From positions 6,129 through 70,128 of the forward strand of contig SCTR01000006.1 of the NCBI GenBank assembly GCA_004297305.1: a stretch of 64,000 nucleotides of DNA, in the 5' to 3' direction. The position numbers were made by a program, and so were the translations under genes. Below the pieces are notes generated by a model. That model was not told the DNA's origin. It saw nothing but the letters and a program-made list of their open reading frames with translations, and ran no database searches. Within the stretch, counting starts at the first letter, position 1. Every line of letters starts with the position of its first letter. The DNA is from Actinomycetota bacterium. GTDB lineage: Bacteria > Actinomycetota > Actinomycetes > S36-B12 > FW305-bin1. Below are positions 39,769-49,316 of this stretch, in pieces.

Positions 39769-39856
39769 CGCCGAACCCAGCCCTGCGGCCGCCCCGACGC
39801 GACTGACGCCCGGCCGCTGCAGCGGGCCGGGCGTCGGTCGGATGTACCGAGGTCGG

Positions 39857-40339
39857 TCAGGACGCGAGAACCTCGTCGAGGATGGCCTCGGCCTTGTCTT
39901 CGTTGGTCTTCTCGGCGAGCGCGAGTTCGCTGACCAGAATCTGCCGGGCCTTGGCGAGCATCCGCTTCTCTCCCGCGGACAGCCCCCGCTCCCGCTCGCG
40001 ACGCCACAGGTCGCGTACCACCTCGGCCACCTTGATCACGTCACCGGACGCCAGCTTCTCGAGGTTGGCCTTGTAGCGGCGTGACCAGTTCGTGGGCTCT
40101 TCGGTGTAGGGCTGGCGAAGTACCTCGAAAACTCGGTCGAGACCTTCAGCGTTCACGACGTCCCGGACACCGACCAGATCGACGTTGTCGGCGGGGACCC
40201 GAACCGTCAGGTCACCTTGGGCGACCCGCAGGACCAGATACTCCTTGTCGATCCCCTTGACCTGCCGGAGTTCGATCGCCTCGATGAGGGCGGCACCGTG
40301 GTGCGGGTAGACGACCGTGTCCCCAACCTTGAACGTCAT
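39857..40339 (-). CDS. carD: CarD family RNA-polymerase-binding transcriptional regulator
   Basis: ATG 40339 ([20 protein letters not shown]), 160 aa, RBS AAAGGGGA. Near-canonical CarD sequence. Confidence 0.95.
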   Translation of the reverse strand: MTFKVGDTVVYPHHGAALIEAIELRQVKGIDKEYLVLRVAQGDLTVRVPADNVDLVGVRDVVNAEGLDRVFEVLRQPYTEEPTNWSRRYKANLEKLASGDVIKVAEVVRDLWRRERERGLSAGEKRMLAKARQILVSELALAEKTNEDKAEAILDEVLAS

Positions 40340-40591
40340 CAACCCAATCCCCTTTCGGCGAAACCCGAGGTTATCACGATTAGCCGACATCGCCGCGGGA
40401 AAGCAGCCGGTCCCAGACGGCCACCGGCCCGGCGGAGGCCGCCGCCCGGGCTGCGCTAGGCGGCGGCGCGAGCCGGCCGCCACGGGCCACCCCCGCCGGG
40501 ATCGGCCCGCTACGCTGACGCGGGCGCGGGGCCGTCCCAGCGGACCAGCCGATCGCCACGATCACCGCCGTACGAACCGAGGAGTGCCGCC

Positions 40592-41203
40592 GTGACCTGC
40601 ACCCCCGCTGCCAACCCCGGCACGCGGTCCCTCCGGACCCGGGTACGCCGCGGCGTCGTCTGCGCCGTCGCCGTCGTGGCGCTGGTGCCCGCGCTGGCCG
40701 GCTGCTGGCAGGGCTTCAACGCGGCGACCAACAACGTCGGTACCGGCGGCAACGGCGTCGAGGCCACGTCCGGCCCGGTCTCGATCTCCGCGGCGACCAT
40801 CGTGCTGGGACCGGAGCGCAGCGGCTCGGCGACGTTGACCGGCACGCTGATCAACGCCGGGCCGGGCGGCGACGCGCTGGTCGGTGCGCGGCTCGGGGAC
40901 ACCCCGGGCTGGATCTCCGGGCAGGGACCGCTCGAACTGCCGCCGCGGACTCCGATCCAGCTCGGCCACAACAGCAACGTCTACGTGAACTTCTACGACG
41001 TCGACCTCGAACCGTCGACGTACGTCGAACTCACGTTGCTGTTCCGGGCCGCCGGAGCACTCAAACTGCAGGTGCTCACCGTGCCCCCCACAGGCCAGTA
41101 CAGCTCCATCGCGCCGGTGCCCGTGCGGTCCCCCGCGGCCGTGTCGTCGCCGGCGGCGGTCACGTCGTCCGCCAGACCGACACCGGCTGCGGCCCGCAGC
41201 TGA
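40592..41203 (+). CDS. lipoprotein (LpqE-like)
   Basis: GTG start, signal peptide ending with lipobox LAGC, 203 aa. Position divergent from carD matches mycobacterial lpqE. Confidence 0.7.
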   Translation: MTCTPAANPGTRSLRTRVRRGVVCAVAVVALVPALAGCWQGFNAATNNVGTGGNGVEATSGPVSISAATIVLGPERSGSATLTGTLINAGPGGDALVGARLGDTPGWISGQGPLELPPRTPIQLGHNSNVYVNFYDVDLEPSTYVELTLLFRAAGALKLQVLTVPPTGQYSSIAPVPVRSPAAVSSPAAVTSSARPTPAAARS

Positions 41204-41287
41204 CCCCCGGCGTACCGGCGTCGCTCATCGCCGGCACCGCATCGCTGGCACCTCCTCGCCGGGCACGGGTGCCGCGCACCGGCGTAC

Positions 41288-41968
41288 TCACGGTTCGAGC
41301 TTGTATCCCAGGCCGCGGACGGTGACCAGATGGCGCGGCCGCGCCGGATCGGTCTCCACCTTGGCGCGCAACCGCTTCACGTGGACATCTAACGTCTTCG
41401 TGTCACCGACGTAGTCCGAACCCCAGACGCGGTCGATGAGCTGACCGCGGGTCAGTACCCGGCCGGTGTTGCGCAGGAACAGTTCCAGCAGGTCGAACTC
41501 CTTGAGCGGCAGGCTGGTCGTCGTCCCGCGCACGGTGACGACGTGCCGCTCGACATCCATGCGCACCGGACCCGCCTCCAGGACACCGGAGACCACCTCC
41601 TCCGGCTCACCGCGGCGACGCATCACCGCACGGATCCGCGCCACCAGTTCGCGCGACGAGAAGGGCTTGGTGACGTAGTCGTCCGCGCCCAGTTCGAGGC
41701 CGACGACCTTGTCGATCTCGCCGTCCTTGGCTGTCACCATGATGATCGGCACGCTGGAGCGCTGCCGCAGCGTCCGGCAGACCTCGGTGCCGGGCAGGCC
41801 CGGCAACATCAGGTCCAGCAGCACCAGATCGGCACCGTGCCGGTCGAACTCCGCCAGCGCCGCGGTACCCGTCGTCGCGACGCCTACTTCGAATCCCTCC
41901 TTGCGCAGCATGAACGACAGCGCATCGCTGAAGGACTCCTCGTCCTCCACGACCAGGACTCGCGTCAC
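41288..41968 (-). CDS. phoP: OmpR-family response regulator of the phosphate regulon (PhoP / RegX3 orthologue)
   Basis: 226 aa. MTRVLVVEDEESFSDALSFMLRKEGFEV...DLVLLDLMLPGL...TAKD, with a winged-helix C-terminus. Nearly colinear with Streptomyces PhoP and mycobacterial RegX3. Confidence 0.92.
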   Translation of the reverse strand: MTRVLVVEDEESFSDALSFMLRKEGFEVGVATTGTAALAEFDRHGADLVLLDLMLPGLPGTEVCRTLRQRSSVPIIMVTAKDGEIDKVVGLELGADDYVTKPFSSRELVARIRAVMRRRGEPEEVVSGVLEAGPVRMDVERHVVTVRGTTTSLPLKEFDLLELFLRNTGRVLTRGQLIDRVWGSDYVGDTKTLDVHVKRLRAKVETDPARPRHLVTVRGLGYKLEP

Positions 41969-43500
41969 GAGACGACCTCTCCGTCGGGCAGGCGGCTCGC
42001 CGCCGTGCCGGGCCTGGACCGCCTGCTACGGGGCGGGTCGAGCGGTTGCGGCGAGCCGGCGGTTCGCGCCGATGCCGCCGGCACAGCCGGAACGTCAGCC
42101 GTCATACCGTGCGCCACAGCCGATTCCGCCGGTTCGGTCAGCCCGGCAGGCCCGGGCGACCCCGTCGCCGCAGCCGGCACAGCGGGCAGCCGCAGCGTGA
42201 AGGTCGAGCCCTCGCCCTCGACGGACCACACCACCACGTCGCCGCCGTGGCTGGAACACACGTGCTTGACGATCGACAGGCCGAGGCCGGTGCCCCCGGT
42301 GACGCGAGAACGTGCCGGATCGATCCGGTAGAAGCGCTCGAAGATGCGGTCCACCTCGCCGGCCGGGATTCCCATGCCCTGGTCCTTGACCGCGATCTCT
42401 ACTCTCCCCCGAGCGACGCGCGATGCGACTGCCACCCGAGTTCCGCTGGGAGAGTAGGCGACTGCGTTGGACAGCAGGTTCCGTAACGCCATCACCAGTT
42501 GCGCCTCGACCCCGTCGACCTGGATGCCCCGCTCGCCACCCACCACGATCTCGATCTGCTTGGCGTCGGCGATCATCCGCGTGGTGTCGACCGCCTCGGC
42601 GATCACGAGATCGACGTCGACCAATGCCGCGTGCGACAACGGGTCGTCGCCCTGCAACCGTGACAGGTCGATCAGGTCGTTGACGAGATTGGACAGCCGC
42701 TGCGACTCGACCTGCATCCGGGTGGCGAACCGCCGTACCGCCTGCGGCTCGTCGCCGGCGGTCAGCACGGCCTCGGCCAGCAGGGTCAGCGCGCCGACCG
42801 GCGTCTTCAGCTCGTGGCTGACGTTGGCGACGAAGTCCCGCCGTACGGCGTCGACCCGGCGCTCCTCGGTGAGGTCCTGGACGAGCAGCACGGTCAGTTC
42901 CCGGCTCAGCGGCGCCGCCCGCACGCGCAGTTCCAGCAGCCCGCGCCGCAGCGGTACCCGCCGTACCGTCGTCTCGACGTCCTTGACCTCCTGCGACCGG
43001 CGGGCCGCCGCCGCGACGGTCAGCAGCTCGTCGTGCACCACCCGGCCACGTCGCACCAGACCCATGTGCTCGGCCCGTGCTGAGCACAGCGCGACCCGGT
43101 CGTCGGACTCGAGCACGATCGATGCCTCCGGCAGGACCGTCAGCAGCATCGCCAGCTCGTCGGAGAAGGACTGGCGTACGCCGGTCGTCAGGGGCCCAGC
43201 CGGGGGGTGCCCAGCCGTCGCGTGCCCGGCGGCGGAACTCCCGGCCGTGGCCGGATCGGCCGTGCGCGGGTCGACGCTGGCCTCGTCAGGGCCGCTCGGT
43301 TCGGCCGACACCGACGATTGCCGAACCGCGGCGGTCGTCCCGGTGGGCCCCGCCGGTGGCGGGGGTGTCGGCGCGACGTCGGAGGAGCCGGCCGACGGGG
43401 CCGCGGCCGACGACCGGTGGCGGCTCACGAGCGCGGTCACCGTCGCCCCGGCCGCCACCCCGGCACCGGAGGCGAGCACCGCCAGCAGGCCCGCGTCCAC
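41965..43500 (-). CDS. phoR: sensor histidine kinase (PhoR / SenX3 orthologue)
   Basis: H-box VSHELKTPV, N-box NLLSNAVAYSP, and G-boxes DQGMGIP and GGTGLGLSIV. The stop overlaps the phoP start. The start is uncertain: GTG 43500 was chosen so the PHO-like boxes stay intergenic, while the ORF runs to 43668. Confidence 0.85.
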   Translation of the reverse strand: MDAGLLAVLASGAGVAAGATVTALVSRHRSSAAAPSAGSSDVAPTPPPPAGPTGTTAAVRQSSVSAEPSGPDEASVDPRTADPATAGSSAAGHATAGHPPAGPLTTGVRQSFSDELAMLLTVLPEASIVLESDDRVALCSARAEHMGLVRRGRVVHDELLTVAAAARRSQEVKDVETTVRRVPLRRGLLELRVRAAPLSRELTVLLVQDLTEERRVDAVRRDFVANVSHELKTPVGALTLLAEAVLTAGDEPQAVRRFATRMQVESQRLSNLVNDLIDLSRLQGDDPLSHAALVDVDLVIAEAVDTTRMIADAKQIEIVVGGERGIQVDGVEAQLVMALRNLLSNAVAYSPSGTRVAVASRVARGRVEIAVKDQGMGIPAGEVDRIFERFYRIDPARSRVTGGTGLGLSIVKHVCSSHGGDVVVWSVEGEGSTFTLRLPAVPAAATGSPGPAGLTEPAESAVAHGMTADVPAVPAASARTAGSPQPLDPPRSRRSRPGTAASRLPDGEVVS

Positions 43501-43592
43501 CGGGTCAGGATAGGAGCGTCCCGCCCCCGTGTTCTGCCACGGCGCAGGGGCCGCGAAGCCGGTTGGTCCAAGGTTCACTTTCGCGGTCCGAG

Positions 43593-43625
43593 GTTCATCC
43601 CATCGTCGCTCCACGTTCACCGTCG
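43593..43625. promoter_or_regulatory. PHO-box-like 11-nt direct repeats in the phoU / phoR divergent region
   Basis: GTTCATCCCAT-CGTCGCTCCAC-GTTCACCGTCG are in 11-nt phase. A further GGTTCACTTTCG lies at 43572. They sit 60-95 nt upstream of the phoU ATG. Confidence 0.45.
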
Positions 43626-43687
43626 GCCGAGGCGGCTGCGCACAACCCGGCCTACGCTGACCGCACACGGTCGATCAGGAGGGTCAG

Positions 43688-44347
43688 ATGCGCGAGTCGT
43701 ACCACGAGCAGCTCGACGCGATCAGTGACGAGCTGGTCCAGATGACCCGGCTCGTCGGTTCGGCGATGAACCGCGCGACGCAATCCCTGCTCGATGCCGA
43801 TCTGCAGCTGGCCGAGAGCGTGATCGTCGGTGACGACGCCGTCGACGCCCTCACCAGCGAACTGGACGAGAAGTGTTTCCAGATCGCCGCGCTGCAGCAG
43901 CCGGTGGCCACCGACCTGCGGATTGTCATGAGCGGCTTCCGGATGGCCTCGTCGCTGGAACGCATGGGCGACCTCGCCGCCCACGTGGCCAAGCAGGCCC
44001 GGCTGCGCTATCCCAAGCCGGCCGTCCCGCAGGAGCTGCGGGCGACCTTCGCGCAGATGGGTGCGCTCGCCGAGGCGATCGTGTCCAAGACCGGCTCGGT
44101 CATCGCCACCAAGGACCTGCAGCTGGCGGCCGACATCAACCGTCACGACGACGACATGGACCACCTGCACCGTGAGCTGTTCCAGATCGTGCTGTCCCCC
44201 TCGTGGTCGCACGGGGTGGAGGAGGCGATCGACGTGACGCTGCTGTCGCGGTACTACGAGCGCTACGCCGACCACGCCGTGACCGTGGCGCGGCGCGTCG
44301 TCCACATCGTCACCGGTGAGCCGTACGCGATCATCGCCGTCGACTGA
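43688..44347 (+). CDS. phoU: phosphate signalling complex protein PhoU
   Basis: 219 aa with two PhoU repeats (DxxxD-type motifs in DADLQLAESVIVGDDAVD and DINRHDDDMD). RBS GGAGGG. Confidence 0.92.
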   Translation: MRESYHEQLDAISDELVQMTRLVGSAMNRATQSLLDADLQLAESVIVGDDAVDALTSELDEKCFQIAALQQPVATDLRIVMSGFRMASSLERMGDLAAHVAKQARLRYPKPAVPQELRATFAQMGALAEAIVSKTGSVIATKDLQLAADINRHDDDMDHLHRELFQIVLSPSWSHGVEEAIDVTLLSRYYERYADHAVTVARRVVHIVTGEPYAIIAVD

Positions 44348-44497
44348 CCGCGCCGCGGTGCCGTGTGGCACCGCAATCGGCCGGCCATCCGGATCGGGCC
44401 GGATGATTGCCGGCGCGGGCACTGGGGGACAATCGCTGCGGCGACCTCGCGCGGCCCGTCCGGCCGGCATCGCACGGTCTGTCGCCGAGGAGGTCCG

Positions 44498-45802
44498 GTG
44501 GTGCGGCTGCTCGCGGTTCCGCGGCCTACGCCGCGCCGGGTCGCCGTCCTCTCGGTCCACACGTCGCCGCTCGACCAGCCCGGCACGGGCGACGCCGGCG
44601 GGATGAACGTCTACGTCGTGGAAACCGCGCGGCGGCTGGCGGCCGCCGGCGTCGAGGTCGAGATCTTCACCCGGGCGACGTCCTCGCAGATCCCTCCCCA
44701 GGTCCAGCTGGCCGACGGGGTGACCGTCCGCACGCTCACCGCCGGACCGTACGAAGGCATGCCCAAAGAGGACCTGCCCGGTCAGCTGTGCGCGATGACG
44801 TCTGCCGTGCTGCGCGCCGCGGCGCGCAAGCCCGAGGGGTGGTACGACCTCGTCCACTCCCACTACTGGCTGTCCGGGCAGGTCGGTTGGCTGGTGTCGG
44901 AGCGGTGGCACACCCCGCTGGTCCACTCGATGCACACGATGGCCCGGGTCAAGAACGCCCAGCTGGCCGACGGCGACAGCCCGGAGCCGGCGATCCGCGT
45001 GGTCGGTGAACAACACGTCGTCGATGCCGCGGATCGCTTGGTGGCCAACACCTCCGACGAGGCCGACCAGTTCATCTCGTTGTACGGCGCCGACCCGGAT
45101 CGGGTGGATGTCGTCCACCCCGGTGTCGACCTCGAGACCTTCGTCCCCGGTTCCCGCGCGGCAGCCCGACGGCGGGTCGGTCTCGAGCCGGACGCGGACG
45201 TCCTGCTGTTCGTCGGGCGGCTGCAGGCGCTCAAGGCCCCCGACATCCTGGTCCGCGCTGCGGCGCAGCTGGTCGAGCGCGAGCCGTGGCGGCGGCAGCG
45301 GCTGCGCGTGCTGATCTGCGGCGGGCCTTCCGGTACCGGGTCCGGCGAACCGGGACGCTTGCGCGCGCTCGCGGCACACCTCGGCGTGGCCGACCTGGTC
45401 CGCCACGTCCCCCCGCTGCCGCGCGACGCGCTGGTGGACCTCTACCGGGCTGCCGACGTCATGGTCGTGCCGTCGCACTCGGAGTCGTTCGGCCTGGTCG
45501 CACTGGAGGCGCAGGCCTGCGGCGTACCGGTCGTGGCCGCTGCGGTGGGCGGCCTGCGGACCGCGATCGCCGACGGCCGCTCCGGCGTACTCGTCGACGG
45601 TCACGACCCGCGCGATTTCGCAGCGGCCGTGGCCGGGATCCTCGCCGACCCGGCGCGCCGGGCGCGCCTGGCCGCCGGTGCCCGGCTGCACGCGGAGAAC
45701 TTCGGCTGGTCGGCGACCGCGGCCGGGCTGCTCGACAGCTACGCCACGGCGCTGGCCGGCCGGCTGGACTTCTCCGCCGACTTGGCGGCAGGAGACCGTT
45801 GA
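44498..45802 (+). CDS. mshA: D-inositol-3-phosphate glycosyltransferase (mycothiol biosynthesis)
   Basis: GTG 44498 or 44501 after GAGGAGG. Signature [22 protein letters not shown] and GT4 C-domain [23 protein letters not shown]. Confidence 0.92.
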   Translation: MVRLLAVPRPTPRRVAVLSVHTSPLDQPGTGDAGGMNVYVVETARRLAAAGVEVEIFTRATSSQIPPQVQLADGVTVRTLTAGPYEGMPKEDLPGQLCAMTSAVLRAAARKPEGWYDLVHSHYWLSGQVGWLVSERWHTPLVHSMHTMARVKNAQLADGDSPEPAIRVVGEQHVVDAADRLVANTSDEADQFISLYGADPDRVDVVHPGVDLETFVPGSRAAARRRVGLEPDADVLLFVGRLQALKAPDILVRAAAQLVEREPWRRQRLRVLICGGPSGTGSGEPGRLRALAAHLGVADLVRHVPPLPRDALVDLYRAADVMVVPSHSESFGLVALEAQACGVPVVAAAVGGLRTAIADGRSGVLVDGHDPRDFAAAVAGILADPARRARLAAGARLHAENFGWSATAAGLLDSYATALAGRLDFSADLAAGDR

Positions 45803-46326
45803 CGACGCCCGCGGCTGCCGCCGCGACCGTGCGGGGTTACCTGCGCGACCAGGAGCTGCGCTTCGACGAGGACGCTCCTGGCGCGTTCGTCGTCGAACTT
45901 CCCGGGGAACGCAAGCTGATCACCGCGCTCGCGCTGACCATCGGCCGGCACGCCATGACCAGCAACGCCTTCGTGGTGCGCCGTCCGGACGAGAATCACG
46001 AGGCGGTCTACCGCTGGCTGCTGGAGCGCAATCGCCGCACCTACGCCGTGGCGTTCGCCCTCGACCACCACGGCGACGTGTACCTCGCCGGGCGTACCCC
46101 GCTGGCAGCCGTCACCGCCGACGAGTTGGACCGAGTGCTCGGCGCCGTACTGGAGTACGCCGACGGATCGTTCAACCCGTTGCTGGAGATGGGCTTCGCC
46201 ACCGCCATCCGGCGTGAGTGGGCCTGGCGGACCAGCCGTGGCGAATCCACCGCGAACCTGCAGGCCTTCACCCACCTCGCCGGCGACGCGGCGCCCAGGG
46301 CTGGGGTCGCACCGCAGGACGATTGA
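45799..46326 (+). CDS. YbjN domain-containing protein
   Basis: TTG 45799 overlaps the mshA stop (TTGA) and follows GGCAGGAGA. About 175 aa. YbjN-like pattern and position after mshA, as in mycobacteria. Confidence 0.65.
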   Translation: MTTPAAAAATVRGYLRDQELRFDEDAPGAFVVELPGERKLITALALTIGRHAMTSNAFVVRRPDENHEAVYRWLLERNRRTYAVAFALDHHGDVYLAGRTPLAAVTADELDRVLGAVLEYADGSFNPLLEMGFATAIRREWAWRTSRGESTANLQAFTHLAGDAAPRAGVAPQDD

Positions 46327-46369
46327 CCACGGCCGACCGGGGCCCGTGCCGGCTGGCAGGATGCGCGCC

Positions 46370-47128
46370 ATGAGTGACGCGCCGTACACCCTCGTGCTGC
46401 TCCGCCACGGCGAGAGCGAGTGGAACGCCAAGAACCTGTTCACCGGCTGGGTGGATGTCGACCTGAACTCCCGCGGCGAGGCGGAAGCGGCCCGCGGCGG
46501 CGCGCTGCTGGCCAGCTCCGGGCTGCGGCCGGATATCGTGCACACCTCGGTCCTGACCCGGGCCATCCGGACCTCGATCATCGCCCTGGAGGCCGCGGAC
46601 CGGCTGTGGATCCCGGTGCGCCGGTCGTGGCGGCTGAACGAACGCCACTACGGCGCGTTGCAGGGCAAGGACAAGAAGCAGACGCTGGCGCAGTTCGGCG
46701 AGGAGCAGTTCATGCTCTGGCGCCGCTCGTACGACACCCCGCCGCCGCCGATCGACCCGGACGACGAGTGGGCGCAGACCGCGGACGCGCGTTACGCCGA
46801 ACTCCCGCCGGAACTGTTGCCGGCCACCGAATGTCTCGCCGACGTCGTGTCCCGGATGCTCCCGTACTGGTACGACGCCGTCGTCCCCGACCTGCGCACC
46901 GGCCGCACCGTCCTGGTCACCGCGCACGGCAACTCGTTGCGCGCCTTGGTCAAACACCTCGACTCGATCTCCGACGACGACATCGCCGGGCTCAACATCC
47001 CGACCGGTATCCCGCTGGTGTACGAACTGGACACGAACCTGCGCCCGGTCACCGCCGGCGGCCGCTACCTGGACCCGGATGCCGCGGCGACCGCTGCCGC
47101 GGCGGTCGCCGCGCAGGGCAAGCGCTAG
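46370..47128 (+). CDS. gpmA: 2,3-bisphosphoglycerate-dependent phosphoglycerate mutase
   Basis: Motifs [21 protein letters not shown] and [10 protein letters not shown]. Alternative start ATG 46361. Confidence 0.95.
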   Translation: MSDAPYTLVLLRHGESEWNAKNLFTGWVDVDLNSRGEAEAARGGALLASSGLRPDIVHTSVLTRAIRTSIIALEAADRLWIPVRRSWRLNERHYGALQGKDKKQTLAQFGEEQFMLWRRSYDTPPPPIDPDDEWAQTADARYAELPPELLPATECLADVVSRMLPYWYDAVVPDLRTGRTVLVTAHGNSLRALVKHLDSISDDDIAGLNIPTGIPLVYELDTNLRPVTAGGRYLDPDAAATAAAAVAAQGKR

Positions 47129-47143
47129 CCGCAGCAGCGGCCG

Positions 47144-48016
47144 TCAGCCGGGCTGCGACGGCCGGCTCGCCGGCGCCACGACCGACCACGGGACGGTCAG
47201 CTCGCCCAGCCGCCACCGACCCGGGCCGTCGAGCACGCTGATCCCTTGGGCACGAACGGCAGTGATCGTGGCGAGCCACCGCTGCCGTTGGCCGAAAGAC
47301 CGCTGCGGAGCCGACGCATCCCAGGCATGGTCGAGCCGGGCGAGCAGGTCGTGCACCGACTCGCCCGGCACGTTGTGGTGGATCAACGCCTTCGGCAGCC
47401 GCTCGGCCAGCTCCCCAGGGCGGCTCAGCGTCCGCAGCTGCGCCGCCAGCGTCAGGGTCCGCGGGACCACCTGCCCGCCGGGCCCGCGCGGGTCGGCGGC
47501 GTACACCGTCACCCAGGCGCCGCGGCGGCCGGTCTCGTCACACGTGCCTTCGACCAGGATTCCTTCGGGGTCCAGCCGATCGACCAGCCCGCGCCAGGCT
47601 GCGGTGACCCGGTCTTCGTCGTACTGCCGCAACACGTTCAAGGCCCGCACGGCCAGCGGCGCCTCGCCGACCGGCAACTCGAACCCGCCGTGCACGAACT
47701 GCAGCGAGCCATCCGGGGGAGCACCGGCAGTACGGCGAGCGGCCAGCTGACGACCCGCCGCGACGCGGGCCGGGTCGAGTTCGACTCCGGTCACCCGCAG
47801 CTGCGGTCCGAGACCGGTACGCAGCCGGTCGAACAACTCGACGGTGGTGACGGCGGTCGCGCCGTACCCGACGTCCACCACGAGCCGTGCCTCGGTACGG
47901 CGCAGCAGCGGCGCCAACCGCGCGATCAGGTACCGGTCCACGCGCCGCAACCGGTTCGGAGCGGTCGTGCCCCGCGTCGGCTCTCCCCAGGGCCGCGGCC
48001 GGCCGCGGGTCACCAC
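47144..48016 (-). CDS. class I SAM-dependent methyltransferase
   Basis: 290 aa with motif I-like VVDVGYGATAVTTVEL. Function unknown. Confidence 0.6.
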   Translation of the reverse strand: MVTRGRPRPWGEPTRGTTAPNRLRRVDRYLIARLAPLLRRTEARLVVDVGYGATAVTTVELFDRLRTGLGPQLRVTGVELDPARVAAGRQLAARRTAGAPPDGSLQFVHGGFELPVGEAPLAVRALNVLRQYDEDRVTAAWRGLVDRLDPEGILVEGTCDETGRRGAWVTVYAADPRGPGGQVVPRTLTLAAQLRTLSRPGELAERLPKALIHHNVPGESVHDLLARLDHAWDASAPQRSFGQRQRWLATITAVRAQGISVLDGPGRWRLGELTVPWSVVAPASRPSQPG

Positions 48017-48120
48017 GGACCGCGCCGGGCTTCACGTTGGGCCGCACCGGCGGTCGGCGTCAGGTGTCGTACCTCGCCGCAGCGACGCGTCACCGTCGAC
48101 CGCGGCTCACCGCGGTCGCC

Positions 48121-48411
48121 TCACCAACGGCGCTGGGTGACGTCGATGAGCTTGGGCCGCACCTCGAAGAGGTACACCAGCGCGATCACGACTCCCGCTA
48201 TGCCGAGGATGCCCAGCGTCAGCTGTGGCAGCAGCCCGGTCAGCGCCGTGATCCCGGTCAACACCAGCCACAACGCCTTGGTCTGCCGACCAGCGGCGGG
48301 GAAGGCGTCGTCGCGGCGGCGGACGCAGTCGACGAACGCCCACAGCTTGATCACCAAGAAGACGGCCCACAGGACCCAGGTGACGATCGTCGTCGTCGCG
48401 CTGAACAGCAT
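48121..48411 (-). CDS. DUF2516 family membrane protein
   Basis: 96 aa with three TM helices. VIKLWAFVDCVRRRDDAF pattern typical of DUF2516. Confidence 0.7.
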   Translation of the reverse strand: MLFSATTTIVTWVLWAVFLVIKLWAFVDCVRRRDDAFPAAGRQTKALWLVLTGITALTGLLPQLTLGILGIAGVVIALVYLFEVRPKLIDVTQRRW

Positions 48412-48478
48412 CGAGCCAACCTACGGGATCACCCGCACCGCGCCGCGACGGTGCGACCGAAGCGGTGAACGCGCCGCG

Positions 48479-49042
48479 TCAGCCGCTCGGCGGCCGCTGC
48501 CCGGACAGCAGCGTGTCGACGCTCGCCGAGCCGTCCCGGTAGCGCCGGGTCAACTCGGCCGACAACGCGTCGACCACCGTCTGGACGGCGTGCCGGTTGG
48601 TCGACACGTCCCGCTCGTGGCGGCGCAGCCGAGCCAGCGCCGACTGGAGCTCGGCATCGCTGCGATGGGTGACGTCGGAGATGAGCGGATCGGCCACGAC
48701 CGCCTCGGCGGCGCGGCGGTGCTCGTCGACCCGCGACGGTTCCACGCTCAGATGCCGCCCGAGTCCGCGGGTCGAGCGCTGGTCGTCGGCGAGCACGTCA
48801 GCGAGGTGCTCGGCCACGGCGGCCTCGGCGGCGACCGGATCGCGGTGCCGCAGCTCCGCGGTGACGATGTCGATCCGGCCGTGCAACAGGCGGCGCAGGT
48901 AGGACAGGTCCGCCTCTTCCTGCTCGGCCTCCCGCCGACGCGTCCGCAGGTCGGCCAGCTCCAGGTCGGCGAGGCCGGCGACGAAACCGGGGTCGAGCAC
49001 GCGGTCGATGCGACGGCGGCCGCCGGCGTACGGCGTCGTCAT
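48479..49042 (-). CDS. rsiG: RsiG-family c-di-GMP-binding anti-sigma factor (anti-WhiG type)
   Basis: 187 aa, helical. It has two copies of the E-x3-S-x2-R-x3-(Q/H)-x3-D motif: EADLSYLRRLLHGRID and ERDVSTNRHAVQTVVD. It ends with the conserved RRYRDG. Confidence 0.75.
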   Translation of the reverse strand: MTTPYAGGRRRIDRVLDPGFVAGLADLELADLRTRRREAEQEEADLSYLRRLLHGRIDIVTAELRHRDPVAAEAAVAEHLADVLADDQRSTRGLGRHLSVEPSRVDEHRRAAEAVVADPLISDVTHRSDAELQSALARLRRHERDVSTNRHAVQTVVDALSAELTRRYRDGSASVDTLLSGQRPPSG

Positions 49043-49316
49043 CGCGGCGCCCTCGCGAACCGCGTCGGTGTCACCGGGACGTCCTTCCCACCGTGGGGCG
49101 CAGCTGGCCGCGCGCCGCTGCGGCGAGGGTAGTCCAGCCGTGCGCGGCGTTGCCCGCCGACGCCGGTGGCCGTTCGCCTGACCCGTTCCGGTGACAGTGC
49201 CTCAACGCCCCGGCGCCGGCCGCCGATGCACACAGGACCGCCCGACCGAGGTCACTGCGGCGACCGTCGCGAAGTCGTTGCACCACCGCGCCGTCCCTCT
49301 CGACTGGAGCCCGCCG

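Noticed and set aside
41965-43668. Full 567-aa version of the histidine kinase
   Set aside because: The first 56 codons would start 20 nt from phoU and cover the PHO-like repeats, and they lack any kinase or TM feature. A downstream GTG (43500) precedes the TM helix. The choice remains uncertain.
43652-45691. 679-aa minus-strand ORF
   Set aside because: It is antisense to phoU and mshA, which are clearly genuine. This is a shadow ORF.
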